A stretch of DNA of 64,000 nucleotides from Candidatus Pacearchaeota archaeon UBA73 (GCA_002496015.1 DAIF01000006.1:7403-71402), one strand, 5' to 3'. Counted from the stretch's first letter, positions 39,051 to 48,861 are shown. The notes: generated from the sequence alone by a model not told the origin. Numbers and translations: made by a program.

Positions 39051-39399
39051 GGCTCTGTTGAAAATCTCTCTTGCGCAGGTTTCAGATTCCCACTTCGGAT
39101 TCTCCTGCGGAGAAAAACCTAACTCACGACCCCACACGCAATTGTATGCAAATTAATCTAGCATTTGATACCCTCCCACCCGCCCCACGGAATATTGTCC
39201 CCCAGTCACCCCGCCGCCCAGACAATATTCCATAACGCTAGATTAATCTGAACTTACTCGTGCGAAGTGCGCTCGCCCTGTCCGCCTCTCCGCCCTTCTG
39301 CTCGCAGCCACGCTCGAAATTAATCAACCTTTGCACTCGCGTAACGTGCTCGCCCCAAATGTTAGTAAACCTGCAGTTTGCGACTTTTTCAACAGAGCC
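39051..39399 (+). mobile_element. MITE-like element, subfamily I (long)
   Basis: TIRs GGCTCTGTTGAAAA / TTTTCAACAGAGCC; flanks tCAAGACTA / cCAAGACTA (8/9); preceded by another degenerate right end ending near 39043. Confidence 0.88.
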
Positions 39400-39582
39400 C
39401 CAAGACTAATAATCTTCTTAAAGACAATACTTTCGCAGCGAAGGAGAACTAAAAAGGACTGGGCAATCCGGTCTTGGTTTCTTTTCAGAAGAACGTGTAA
39501 AACTCTGAGCAAGATTTAAAATTTCATCAGTTAAGATAGAGAAGAGAATAAAGATTATATACATTGTTTTTTTGAATGAGTT

Positions 39583-40041
39583 ATGAAAAAGGGGCAAGCG
39601 TGGGGATTTGATTTAGTTGTTGGAACAATCATTTTTTCAGTGGGTATCCTCTCGTTTTACATCTATACGACGAATATTTCGGGAACTGACGGGGTGCTAC
39701 AAAACCTGCAGAAGAACGGCGAGCTTGTGGCAGATAGTCTTATGTCTGAGGGAAGTCCTGTTGATTGGAATGAGACAAATGTTGTTAGAATAGGGTTGCT
39801 GTCGGAGAATAGGATTAATCAGAGTAAGCTGAATTCTTTCATGATCTTGGCGAACGCAGATTACGGTCGCACAAGGTCTCTGTTTCGGATAAACACAGAG
39901 TATTTTATTTTTTTTGATGCTGACCAAGAGAAGGGTATTGGGATAGAACCGAGCGAGGCGACTAATTTGATTAAGATAACGAGGGTGGTCGTGTACAACC
40001 AGAGCGTCACGACCTTGAATGTTTATTCATGGATAAAGTAA
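39583..40041 (+). CDS. pilin-like protein
   Basis: MKKG/QAWGFDLVVG plus hydrophobic helix; EGSPVDW. Confidence 0.8.
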   Translation: MKKGQAWGFDLVVGTIIFSVGILSFYIYTTNISGTDGVLQNLQKNGELVADSLMSEGSPVDWNETNVVRIGLLSENRINQSKLNSFMILANADYGRTRSLFRINTEYFIFFDADQEKGIGIEPSEATNLIKITRVVVYNQSVTTLNVYSWIK

Positions 40042-42671
40042 AGGATATTTATTTTGGTAAGAAAGGTTCTTTCTTTAGTACCGACGCTTTGATTGCGGTG
40101 CTGATAATTCTTTTTGTCGTTGTCGCCGTCCGCCCCTTGTTTCAGGAGACTCTTCCTGAATCTGATATTCATTCTGATATTTTGGTCGCGCTGTCGACAT
40201 TGAAAGTCTCGGAGATGAAGGACGCCAGCGTTCAAGCGATGATTGCAGACGGGACAATACGAGAACCCAACAAAACTCTACTTGAGCAGATTGGAGAGTT
40301 TTATGTTTTTGATTATCCGGATGTTTCGAGAGCGAGGAATATTGCCGCTGTGGCTTTGAGGGATGTTAATACTACTAATAATTTTGGTATCTGGTTTGGG
40401 GATACTTTGATTTTTTCAAACAATGTTACTTCGGTTGAGGCGGCGAGGGACGTTGACGTTGCCAGACAGATTATTTCAGGAATCGAAGCGGGACAAAACA
40501 TTTCCGGATTTGCTGCGCGTGCGTTTTTGTCGAGTGATTGGACCACGTTTTATTCATATCTTGGAGGGTATGTGGGTGATGGAAATATTTCTATGAGCAT
40601 TTATTATGAAGGAAATATTTCTGATGAGGCGGTTTTAGAAATTGCTATAAATGATGATTTTGATTTTTATATCAACGGCGTTTTGTATGACAATTTCGCT
40701 AAGTCGACCGACGATTCTTACGGGCCGGAGAGATATGTTCTTGAAAATATGTCTTCGTATTTCTCGGAGGGAGAAAATCTAGTCGAGTTTAAGGGGGAAA
40801 ATTTGTTCATAGCGGGAGGTTTTCTGAAAATAAATTATCGCGGTAGTTCTCAGTTTGGCGGCAAGAACAAGACGTATAATTTTCCCGGAATCGACGGATT
40901 GATAAATGTTTATGATGGTTTTTTTGTTCCGGGCAACCTGACGCGGATGGAAGTATATTTACATATGGACAGCAACTACACGACTTTTCTGAATATAGGA
41001 AATGTGACGGTTTATCGAAGAGCAACTTCCGGGGAGGAAGCTGTTTTTCTTGATGATGCGCTGCTTTCAAGCATGATAGATTACAGCTCACTGGAAGGAA
41101 GGACGACTCCGTTGAGGCTTGGACTTGAAAACGCTTCTTATCTAGGAATTGCGCAGCTGATTGATGTTTTTTCTGTGACGGATTTGTCTGGGAGCATGAC
41201 GGAGTGCGCGATTTATTCCCAGCCATATATCTGTAGTTATAGCTGCCTGCTTGGGGGAGCTAAGTCATGCCAGATTGCGAGTCCTTCTTTGTGCACAGGT
41301 AATCCATGCGGAGGAACCTGTTTGTTGGCTTACGATCACGCGTTGAGTTGCGAACGGGACAGGATGGCTCTGGCAAAGGAATCGAATAATGTTTTTATTG
41401 ATATAATCCTAAATTATAGCGGTAATAGAGTCGGCTTGGTTGGATATGCAGGGAGCGCGCCGGATTCACAGTTTCATGTTCTTTCAAACAATTCCGCATC
41501 TCTGAAGTCAAGAGTGAGCAGTTGGAGCGCGAGCGGTTCGACCTGTATTTGCTGCGGGATAAATAAAGGGGTTTCGAATTTGGTTTCTAGTTCCACTTCA
41601 GATAAATTTCGTTCTTTGGTGGTGATGAGCGATGGGGAAGCGAATGTTCAATGCGCTCAGCAAGGGACGGGGAATGCTGCGCAAGACGCGATAAAAGCTG
41701 CGCAAGACGCGTGCCTGAATTATGGGATTGTTACTCACACTATTGGATTTGGCGAGGCAGGAGAGTCAACGATGATTGAAATAGCCAACAAAGGTTGCAA
41801 TGGAACATATTATTATGCTGATGCTGAAGAACTGGCAGAGGTTTATCAGCAGATAGCGAATTCTATTTTGACGGAATATGTTGAGCAGACTTTGTATGCC
41901 GGAGGAGGAACATTGAACACAAAACTTTTTTCTGATTCTTACATTTCTTTTGAATACACTCCTTTAGAAATGCCTTACGGTCTGACGATTACTGCAGAGA
42001 AAAATTTTGATAATGTTTTCGGCGGCAGTTTCTATATTCCTCCGGGAGCGAGGCATGTGAAGACGGACATTATTTCTTACTCTGGTCCGCTTTGGACTTC
42101 TGTTGTTTCGATTAATGGAGAGAATGTGCTTGATTTGGACGGTTTTGGAGTGCCTTATATAGGTCTCGGGGATCCGTATCAGGTGACGGCGGCTGGTTCG
42201 ACTATTGTTCAGGGCATGAACGTTGTGAATGTGACACTTGGGGTCTCAAGCAGCAATCGGACTTCTGCGTCTTCTTCGGATAATAAAATCATTTACACTA
42301 TCGTGCAGAATGCGAGTTCTTTTTCAGATGTTTTACCGGTGGCTTCAGGGTGTTTATGGGATATTCAACTTGAAGATGGTGCTGTGCTGAGTGGGGTCCG
42401 GATACCGAATAGTTTTGTCGGAACGCAGAGTTGTCTTTTTGATGATACGACTTACAATGCAATGGCCGGTTCAAATGACTACGGGCAGATATCAAGCGTG
42501 AATGATGCATATCAAGTTGCGACCCTAAATCTGTTGAGGACATTGGATTTGAACGATAATGGGAGAGTGGATGTTTTGTTCACTCAACAGGATTTGCAGA
42601 TTACTTTAAGCGAGATAGAAGGAATTCCTTTCACCTATTATACGGAGGTGCAGTCAAGAACATGGCATTGA
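40029..42671 (+). CDS. large vWA-domain pilus-associated adhesin-like protein
   Basis: KKG/SFFSTDALIA; MIDAS DLSGS...T...MSDG; Cys-rich insert. Confidence 0.82.
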   Translation: MDKVKDIYFGKKGSFFSTDALIAVLIILFVVVAVRPLFQETLPESDIHSDILVALSTLKVSEMKDASVQAMIADGTIREPNKTLLEQIGEFYVFDYPDVSRARNIAAVALRDVNTTNNFGIWFGDTLIFSNNVTSVEAARDVDVARQIISGIEAGQNISGFAARAFLSSDWTTFYSYLGGYVGDGNISMSIYYEGNISDEAVLEIAINDDFDFYINGVLYDNFAKSTDDSYGPERYVLENMSSYFSEGENLVEFKGENLFIAGGFLKINYRGSSQFGGKNKTYNFPGIDGLINVYDGFFVPGNLTRMEVYLHMDSNYTTFLNIGNVTVYRRATSGEEAVFLDDALLSSMIDYSSLEGRTTPLRLGLENASYLGIAQLIDVFSVTDLSGSMTECAIYSQPYICSYSCLLGGAKSCQIASPSLCTGNPCGGTCLLAYDHALSCERDRMALAKESNNVFIDIILNYSGNRVGLVGYAGSAPDSQFHVLSNNSASLKSRVSSWSASGSTCICCGINKGVSNLVSSSTSDKFRSLVVMSDGEANVQCAQQGTGNAAQDAIKAAQDACLNYGIVTHTIGFGEAGESTMIEIANKGCNGTYYYADAEELAEVYQQIANSILTEYVEQTLYAGGGTLNTKLFSDSYISFEYTPLEMPYGLTITAEKNFDNVFGGSFYIPPGARHVKTDIISYSGPLWTSVVSINGENVLDLDGFGVPYIGLGDPYQVTAAGSTIVQGMNVVNVTLGVSSSNRTSASSSDNKIIYTIVQNASSFSDVLPVASGCLWDIQLEDGAVLSGVRIPNSFVGTQSCLFDDTTYNAMAGSNDYGQISSVNDAYQVATLNLLRTLDLNDNGRVDVLFTQQDLQITLSEIEGIPFTYYTEVQSRTWH

Positions 42672-43570
42672 ATAGACGGGGAATATTTTTTATGATGATG
42701 GCTTTTGTAATCATATCTCTCTTTGTTTTGTCAGTCATGTTTTATTCAGAGTTTTCATCTAGGGCGAGCGTGCAGAAAAGAGTCGAGACCTTGAGTGATT
42801 TTGTTTCGGCTTCTGAAGCAGATTTGTCCCGCCAGTTGTTTATAACTGGGTATAGAGCGATATTTTACATGGAAAAAGAGATTGTGGACAGCGGAAGTTA
42901 TTTGGGGAAGGATGTTAATTCTGTATTGGAGGAGATTTTTTTTAATGGGACGATAAATGGCAGAGAGGAACCTCTGTTGCAGCAGATAACTTTTGATAGG
43001 ATGAATCGGCTTTTGTCTGAGCGCGCGGCAGTCATAAGTGCGGATGCTTATTTTTCAAATCCCCGGATAGCTGTTAGTCAGGATGATCCGTGGAATGTAA
43101 AGTTTACTTTCACGTCTGAACTTTTTGTTGCGGACAGGAATAATCTTGCTTTGTGGAATAAGACTCAGGTGACTGAGGTTCTGATTTCAATATCTAATTT
43201 TACGGACCCGGTTTATTTTGTTGAGACGGCAGGGAATATTGCGCCGCCGGTTTTTGTCAGGACGCCTTTTGAAGTCTTTGATTCTTCTAGCCTTAATCAG
43301 CATATTCAAGGCAAATATTATCGGGCGCACGATGATGCGCCGAGTTTTCTTGACAGGTTAGAAGGTAATCTTTTTGCCGGCTCTTCGCAGGGAATTGAAT
43401 CTTTGGTTTATGTGGAAGATATTCCGATGGAGTATAGGGGGGATGGTTCAATCGTGGATTATATGTATTTTTCCGGAGCAGTTTCGCCGCATTGTCACAT
43501 TTCCGGGATGCAGTCGTGGGTGAGACTTGATGAAGCGCACTGGAATTATTATGGAGTTAGCTGCGGTTAG
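42662..43570 (+). CDS. pilin-like protein
   Basis: MALNRRG/IFF plus hydrophobic helix; APSFLDRLEG. Confidence 0.78.
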   Translation: MALNRRGIFFMMMAFVIISLFVLSVMFYSEFSSRASVQKRVETLSDFVSASEADLSRQLFITGYRAIFYMEKEIVDSGSYLGKDVNSVLEEIFFNGTINGREEPLLQQITFDRMNRLLSERAAVISADAYFSNPRIAVSQDDPWNVKFTFTSELFVADRNNLALWNKTQVTEVLISISNFTDPVYFVETAGNIAPPVFVRTPFEVFDSSSLNQHIQGKYYRAHDDAPSFLDRLEGNLFAGSSQGIESLVYVEDIPMEYRGDGSIVDYMYFSGAVSPHCHISGMQSWVRLDEAHWNYYGVSCG

Positions 43571-44142
43571 AAGCAGACTTCTTTTTTAGGTGCGCTGCCT
43601 ACTTCGAAGTTGCAGGTTATTTCTCTTGAGGCGTCGGCGCCGGAGAGGATTGCGGAGTTAGAGAATTTTTCTGTTTCTCTTTGTGGGACGTTTTTTGTTT
43701 CGGAGGTTGTTGAATATGTTTCTTGAGAATCTTCAAAAGTATATTTGAATATTATTTCGAATTCGCCGGAGGTTTCGTAGTCTAAGTTTTTTACGGATAC
43801 GGCACAGTCTATTGTTTTTTCAATGCAATTTGTGTCTTGGTACGTTTTACATATTGAGTTTTTCTCGAAGTTTTTTAGGCCGTATGAAATAGTTCTTAGT
43901 TCACACCCCTGAAAGGGCAAGGGGTTTTGTGAGGATTGACTGCCGCTTTCTGAACCGCCTGTGGCGCTGCTTGCACTTTTTGTGGAGGAATCTTGGGGCG
44001 GGACTGCCGGTGGAGGGAGAGTTTTCTTATTTTGAGTAATTGCCTCAGATATTTTCTGAGGAACTTCCAGTCTGGTTGAAATGTAAATGGATCCTAAAAG
44101 AATTATGAAAACAAGAGCGATTGTCGTGTGTAGTTTATTCAT
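43567..44142 (-). CDS. membrane-anchored exported protein
   Basis: N-terminal TM, Ser-rich linker and Cys-containing beta domain. Confidence 0.7.
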   Translation of the reverse strand: MNKLHTTIALVFIILLGSIYISTRLEVPQKISEAITQNKKTLPPPAVPPQDSSTKSASSATGGSESGSQSSQNPLPFQGCELRTISYGLKNFEKNSICKTYQDTNCIEKTIDCAVSVKNLDYETSGEFEIIFKYTFEDSQETYSTTSETKNVPQRETEKFSNSAILSGADASREITCNFEVGSAPKKEVCF

Positions 44143-44272
44143 TTCTTTTATAAACGAGAATTTTATATAAATGTTGTTAGCGTAACATTTTTTCATTTTT
44201 GAAATATCATAATATTTATAAAGTATTAAATCCTTTGGAAATTAGACACCTAATAATCAAAAGGAGGTAAAC

Positions 44273-44719
44273 ATGAAGACAAAAGGACAGGCAGCGATGG
44301 AGTTCCTTATGACTTATGGTTGGGCTATTTTAGCCGCGATTATTGTCATCGGAGTTTTAGCTGTATATTTCCGACCAGGCCAGACAATTTCCGACCAAGT
44401 GATTGTGGGCGCACCGTTTTATGGCGTCGGCGCAGTCGTCGGGGCAGACCAAGTTCAGGTGGAGGTTAGAAATAACGGTGGGGAAGACCTGAGAATTACG
44501 GCTGCAGCATTGAGTTTTAACACTCCTGATAGCGCACTTTGTGGTGCTGGAGCAGGTATCGGAGATATTGCTGCCGGAGCATCTCGAATCTTAACTTTTG
44601 CAGATTGCGACGGTTTAACCGGAGGAAGTACAGTCAATGCTGATATAGCCATCTCTTACGAGAGACCTGGAAGCGAATTGACTTTAACCTCTACGGGTTC
44701 GGTCACTGGTTCAGCATAA
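44273..44719 (+). CDS. probable major type IV pilin (class III signal peptide)
   Basis: MKTKG/QAAMEFLMTYGWAIL; strong SD GGAGGT, own TATA and T-rich terminator. Confidence 0.88.
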   Translation: MKTKGQAAMEFLMTYGWAILAAIIVIGVLAVYFRPGQTISDQVIVGAPFYGVGAVVGADQVQVEVRNNGGEDLRITAAALSFNTPDSALCGAGAGIGDIAAGASRILTFADCDGLTGGSTVNADIAISYERPGSELTLTSTGSVTGSA

Positions 44720-44810
44720 AACTAATTTGTTTTTTATTTTTTATTTATTGGAAAGAAGCCAATGAAATGAGGCACAAAAAGTATAAAAAGTAGTTCTATT
44801 TGAATTTTTT

Positions 44811-45101
44811 ATGAGTGAAAAATTATCTGAGATTAAGCCGAAGATTGTTGCAGTGTTGAGAAAACACGGGATAACTAAGGCAGGCATCTTCGGTAGTTAT
44901 GCAACTGGGAAACAGAATAAATCGAGCGACATTGATATTTTGATAGATGTGAACGGGCTGAATTTCAGCTTGTTTGATTTGGTTGGGCTGGAGCAGGAGC
45001 TTGAGGAAGAGATTGGAATGAAAGTTGATTTATTGACTTACAACAGTCTGAATCGGCTGTTGAAGAAGAGGATTCTTGCGGAGGAGATTAGGGTAATATG
45101 A
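44811..45101 (+). CDS. MNT minimal nucleotidyltransferase (antitoxin)
   Basis: IFGSYATG...SDIDILI...KVDL. Confidence 0.9.
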   Translation: MSEKLSEIKPKIVAVLRKHGITKAGIFGSYATGKQNKSSDIDILIDVNGLNFSLFDLVGLEQELEEEIGMKVDLLTYNSLNRLLKKRILAEEIRVI

Positions 45102-45436
45102 AAATTCCGACGGTCTTTCTTGAGTACATTGTTGAGAGCATAGAAATTATCGAGGGGTATTGTTTAGGGGTTGATGAAAAGAAGTTTATGTCTGACCAGA
45201 AGCTTCAGGATGCGGTCGTTAGGAGAATTGAAATAATTGGTGAGGCTGCAAAAAATGTTCCAGATGATTTTAGAGGGGCTTATCCAGAGGTTCCGTGGAA
45301 AAAAATGTCCGGGACAAGGGATAAAATAACGCATCATTATTTTGGGATAGATTTGGAGTTGACTTTTCGAATAGTTCAAGAGGAGTTGCCTAAATTGAAA
45401 AAACAAATAAAGGAGATTCTAAAAAATGAGCGATAA
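45098..45436 (+). CDS. HEPN (DUF86) ribonuclease toxin
   Basis: DAVVRRIEIIGEA; RDKITHHY (Rx4HxY). Confidence 0.9.
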   Translation: MKIPTVFLEYIVESIEIIEGYCLGVDEKKFMSDQKLQDAVVRRIEIIGEAAKNVPDDFRGAYPEVPWKKMSGTRDKITHHYFGIDLELTFRIVQEELPKLKKQIKEILKNER

Positions 45437-45764
45437 AATTCCTTACAGTGATTTTGCGAAGTTGGATTTGCGAGTCGGGGAAATAAAAAGTGTTGAGGCG
45501 CATCCGAATGCGGACAAGCTTTATGTGATGAAAGTTGACTTGGGTGAAGGAGAAGACCGGACGATTGTTGCAGGATTGAGGAAATATTATTCTGTTGAGG
45601 AGCTGGTGGGCAAGAAAGCGATTTTTGTTGCGAATCTTGAGCCGGCGGTTTTGAGGGGGGTTGAGAGCAATGGCATGATTTTGGCGGCGGTTTCAGAGGA
45701 TCATTCTGAGGTGAAGATATTGAAAATAGACGGAGAGATGGAGTCCGGGACTAGGATTAGTTAG
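45426..45764 (+). CDS. stand-alone MetRS C-terminal / Trbp111-type tRNA-binding protein
   Basis: DFAKLDLRVG, HPNADKL and NLEPAVLRGVESNGMILA motifs. Confidence 0.92.
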   Translation: MSDKIPYSDFAKLDLRVGEIKSVEAHPNADKLYVMKVDLGEGEDRTIVAGLRKYYSVEELVGKKAIFVANLEPAVLRGVESNGMILAAVSEDHSEVKILKIDGEMESGTRIS

Positions 45765-45768
45765 TTTT

Positions 45769-46095
45769 ATGCGCTCGGATGACGAGGACAGGAGTTTAAT
45801 CGGAAGGGTTTTTGGTAGATTATTTTTTGCAGATAGGGTGTTGTCTATGCGGACCCGAGCATTGGTTTGTGACAAAGAAGAACTTGTTGAACTCGTTGAG
45901 TTAGGTGATGATATGTTTGAAGACTGGGGGTTTGTTCGCCGTCTGCAGAGAAGGTATGACTCTGGTGTGAAAAGCCGATTTTATGCTTTGAGTTCGCGAG
46001 ATGCAAGGCATCGGTATGATAAAGCTTGGCATTATTTAGGTTTTATTCTTAAAGAAAATAAGGATTATATTCGGGCGGTGCGGGAACTGTTTTAG
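45769..46095 (+). CDS. hypothetical protein
   Basis: 108-aa ORF following the operon. Confidence 0.55.
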   Translation: MRSDDEDRSLIGRVFGRLFFADRVLSMRTRALVCDKEELVELVELGDDMFEDWGFVRRLQRRYDSGVKSRFYALSSRDARHRYDKAWHYLGFILKENKDYIRAVRELF

Positions 46096-46355
46096 GATCC
46101 TATTGAAAATCTTTTGAAATGTCGGCTATCATTTACCTGTTGCGTAGCAAACTAATTTGGTGGGCGTAGGTTTTGTGTAAACTTCCTTACTACGCGAGTC
46201 GGGATAATAAACGCAATCTTGCTTACTGGAAAATTGGATGCCTGACTTTGCGGCGGCATCGAAGAATATGTAATTTCGTTTATTGGAAATTGGACGCGCA
46301 GTTTCTCACAGAGTCTTTGTGAGTCAAATTTGTAGACAACTTTTTCAACAGAGCA
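46096..46355 (+). mobile_element. degenerate MITE-like element (subfamily II-like interior)
   Basis: GATCCTATTGAAAATCTTTTGAAATGTC left end; TTTTTCAACAGAGCA right end; two AAATTGGA motifs. Confidence 0.65.
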
Positions 46356-46358
46356 GTT

Positions 46359-47117
46359 TTAATATCTTCTTAGAAGTTTATCGAAGAAACTAGGGCGTTC
46401 GTTGTATTCAATTCCTTCTAGTTTTGCAGCAATTCTTTTGTAAGCAAGAGCCGGGCGGGATTTTGGAAATGTGTGCACGAGCGCGTCTTTCATAACAAGG
46501 GATTGCTGTACGCGTTCGTCTTCAGGAACGACGCCGAGAATCGGAAGTTCTAACATTTCAGAAATATTTTTTAAGGGCATTTGGGTTTTTGATCTTGGGT
46601 TGACTCTGGTGACGATGACGCCTCTGATCTGTTTTCCGAGTTGTTCAATAAGCTTTGAAGTCTTAAGCGCGTCAGTAACTGCGGGGATTTCAGGATTTGT
46701 CACTATAATCAGTTCGTCTGCAGATTCCATTGCAGTAATCGCTTCTTCTCCGAGTCCTGCCGCGGAGTCAAAAATTACGATGTCAGCCATTTTTCTTAGT
46801 TTTTTGCCGACTTCTTTTAGCCTCTTGTGATTTATTCTGCGGAGTTCGTTGACGGAAAGAGAGGAAGGAATTATTTTTGTGCCAGATTCGTGTTCATAGA
46901 TTGCATCTTCAATCTTGGCTTTTCCCAGCAGAACGTGATTGAGGCTGATTGGGACTATGGGTGCTCCCAGATGGAGACCTACATTAGGAGTGGTCAAGTT
47001 CGCATCGACAATAATCGCATCCTTCCCAAACGAGTTGAGGGCTGTTGCGAGATTAATTGATGTCGTTGTTTTTCCCACGCCACCCTTACCGGATGTAATA
47101 GTTATTAGTTTGCTCAT
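46359..47117 (-). CDS. minD: cell division ATPase MinD (archaeal)
   Basis: SGKGGVGKTT, DANL, DSAAG and VTNPE motifs. Confidence 0.92.
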   Translation of the reverse strand: MSKLITITSGKGGVGKTTTSINLATALNSFGKDAIIVDANLTTPNVGLHLGAPIVPISLNHVLLGKAKIEDAIYEHESGTKIIPSSLSVNELRRINHKRLKEVGKKLRKMADIVIFDSAAGLGEEAITAMESADELIIVTNPEIPAVTDALKTSKLIEQLGKQIRGVIVTRVNPRSKTQMPLKNISEMLELPILGVVPEDERVQQSLVMKDALVHTFPKSRPALAYKRIAAKLEGIEYNERPSFFDKLLRRY

Positions 47118-47153
47118 TTTGTGTGCCGCTATTTAATTGTGAAGTAGAACAAA

Positions 47154-47579
47154 TTATTTGATATAGCTTATAAACCTTTCTAGCGTCGCTGCGTAGTCTT
47201 TGAGTTGATTTAGATTTATATTGATGACCTTGCCTTTGAATGTGACTTTCAGGTTCACTCCTTTGCGAAACTCGTTCTCTCGGACTTTTTCCAGTTTGTT
47301 AATGTCGCGGAATAATTCGTAGAGCTCCAGCGCGTCCATGACTTCCGGTACTTTTGCATATATCTGCTTTAGTTGTATGAGTTTTGCGAGCGGGGCTTCT
47401 GGGACCTGCTTCCACTTTTTGTCTTTTTTTGCTTTTGCGACTAGTCTGTCTGTGCCTTGTTCGATCATATTCTTCCAGCGAGAGAGAAGGTTTATGATAA
47501 CGTCACAAGTTTTTGTATACTTCAAACTGACATAGAGAAGGTGGTCAGCACTAATCTTTTCTTTTATTATTGCCTCCAT
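47154..47579 (-). CDS. conserved hypothetical protein
   Basis: MEAIIKEKISADHLLYVSLKYTKTCDV; start moved to ATG 47579. Confidence 0.75.
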   Translation of the reverse strand: MEAIIKEKISADHLLYVSLKYTKTCDVIINLLSRWKNMIEQGTDRLVAKAKKDKKWKQVPEAPLAKLIQLKQIYAKVPEVMDALELYELFRDINKLEKVRENEFRKGVNLKVTFKGKVININLNQLKDYAATLERFISYIK

Positions 47580-47659
47580 TAAAAAGATGTGTCTACGAAA
47601 AGTCCATTTTAGGTAATGTAAGCTAAGCGGGGGCTCTTTAAATATCTTTCTAGGTGTAT

Positions 47660-47820
47660 GTTCTGTTTGGAATTTTGAGTTGTTAGTTCTGTTAAAAATC
47701 ATTGGCAATAAGTTGGTTGGGTTTCATTAATAAAAAGCATCGCAGGTTTAGGAATGTTACTTGGTCGGCTTTCAGCCCCTGTAAGACAGCGAAACCTACC
47801 GAAAAGATTTTTAACAAGCC
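47660..47820. repeat. degenerate element ends
   Basis: GTTCTGTTTGGAATTT (47660), AGTTCTGTTAAAAAT (47685) and TTTTTAACAAGCC (ends 47820). Confidence 0.45.
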
Positions 47821-47856
47821 TAATCAATTTATAAACTTAGAATAATTTTGATGAGG

Positions 47857-48612
47857 ATGAAAAAAAGAGGGTTAAGCAACGTGATTGCAACTGTTTTAAT
47901 AATCTTTTTAGTTTTACTTGGAATAATCTTGGTTTGGGTTTACTTTAATTCTTCAATTACACAATCTTCAGAAAGAATCGAAATGCAGGAAAGATGTTAT
48001 GCGCTGGATACTGAATTACAAAGTTGCGAATATGGGAAATTACAAGATATCATTTTTGTCTCAGGTTTAGTAAAACACAAACGGGGAAGCCCTACAAACA
48101 TCAGACTGGCTTTCTACGCGGAAGATGGTTCATCTGTAATAAGGGATTTACAACCAATTGAAGTTTTAGAATCAAAAAAGATTCTGCCTCCGACAAGAAT
48201 GACCGGTATTCCGGTATATGCTATTGCCTCTCCGATAGTTTACAGCCGCGATGAATCTGGAAATCTTGTTTGTCCAATTTCCAAAAAAATGATTTGTAAC
48301 GAAGTAGCTATCCCGGGAAACCTCTGTGAAATTCCGACCTCTGTAGAAGACATTGGTCCTTTTGTTATAGCCCTGACACAACCTCTAAACTACACTATGC
48401 AATTTCCAAATTGTCCTAAAAACAGCGCGGATTTTAATTGCGATGGTGAAGTTAACATTTTTGATATTGATAAATTCGTTACAGTTATAGAATCAGGATG
48501 GGTTTTATGCAATCAATCAATGATTTGCGATTACGATCCTGCTCCGGGGAACCAATCTTGTTGGGACTCGCCGGAAAGCTTGCAATATTGTAACACAACA
48601 CTTTGTGTTTAA
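47857..48612 (+). CDS. archaeal pilin-like protein with C-terminal dockerin-like domain
   Basis: MKKRG/LSNVIATVLII; C-terminal EDIGPFVIAL...FPNC...ADFNCDGEVNIFDIDKFV. Confidence 0.8.
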   Translation: MKKRGLSNVIATVLIIFLVLLGIILVWVYFNSSITQSSERIEMQERCYALDTELQSCEYGKLQDIIFVSGLVKHKRGSPTNIRLAFYAEDGSSVIRDLQPIEVLESKKILPPTRMTGIPVYAIASPIVYSRDESGNLVCPISKKMICNEVAIPGNLCEIPTSVEDIGPFVIALTQPLNYTMQFPNCPKNSADFNCDGEVNIFDIDKFVTVIESGWVLCNQSMICDYDPAPGNQSCWDSPESLQYCNTTLCV

Positions 48613-48861
48613 TTACTTCTTAACGGATTTAGAAATCAAATCAAGATCTTTCTTGATTGCTTTGATTGCATTAGAGACATCCTTCCTGACATCTTTGCTC
48701 TGAATTTTCATAACCACTGGCCTGTCAGGGTGTTCTCTTTTCCAAGCCACAAAATCAACTCCTTCTTTATTCAAGTAAACCCTTAGGATTTCTACAAGGG
48801 TAACATCATTAGTTTTCACCTCAACATCAGTTTTTTCGTGCTTTATAATTTCCATTTCCAT
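48613..48861 (-). CDS. rpoL: DNA-directed RNA polymerase subunit L (Rpo11)
   Basis: TLVEILRVYL...VDFVAWKREHP. Confidence 0.8.
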   Translation of the reverse strand: MEMEIIKHEKTDVEVKTNDVTLVEILRVYLNKEGVDFVAWKREHPDRPVVMKIQSKDVRKDVSNAIKAIKKDLDLISKSVKK

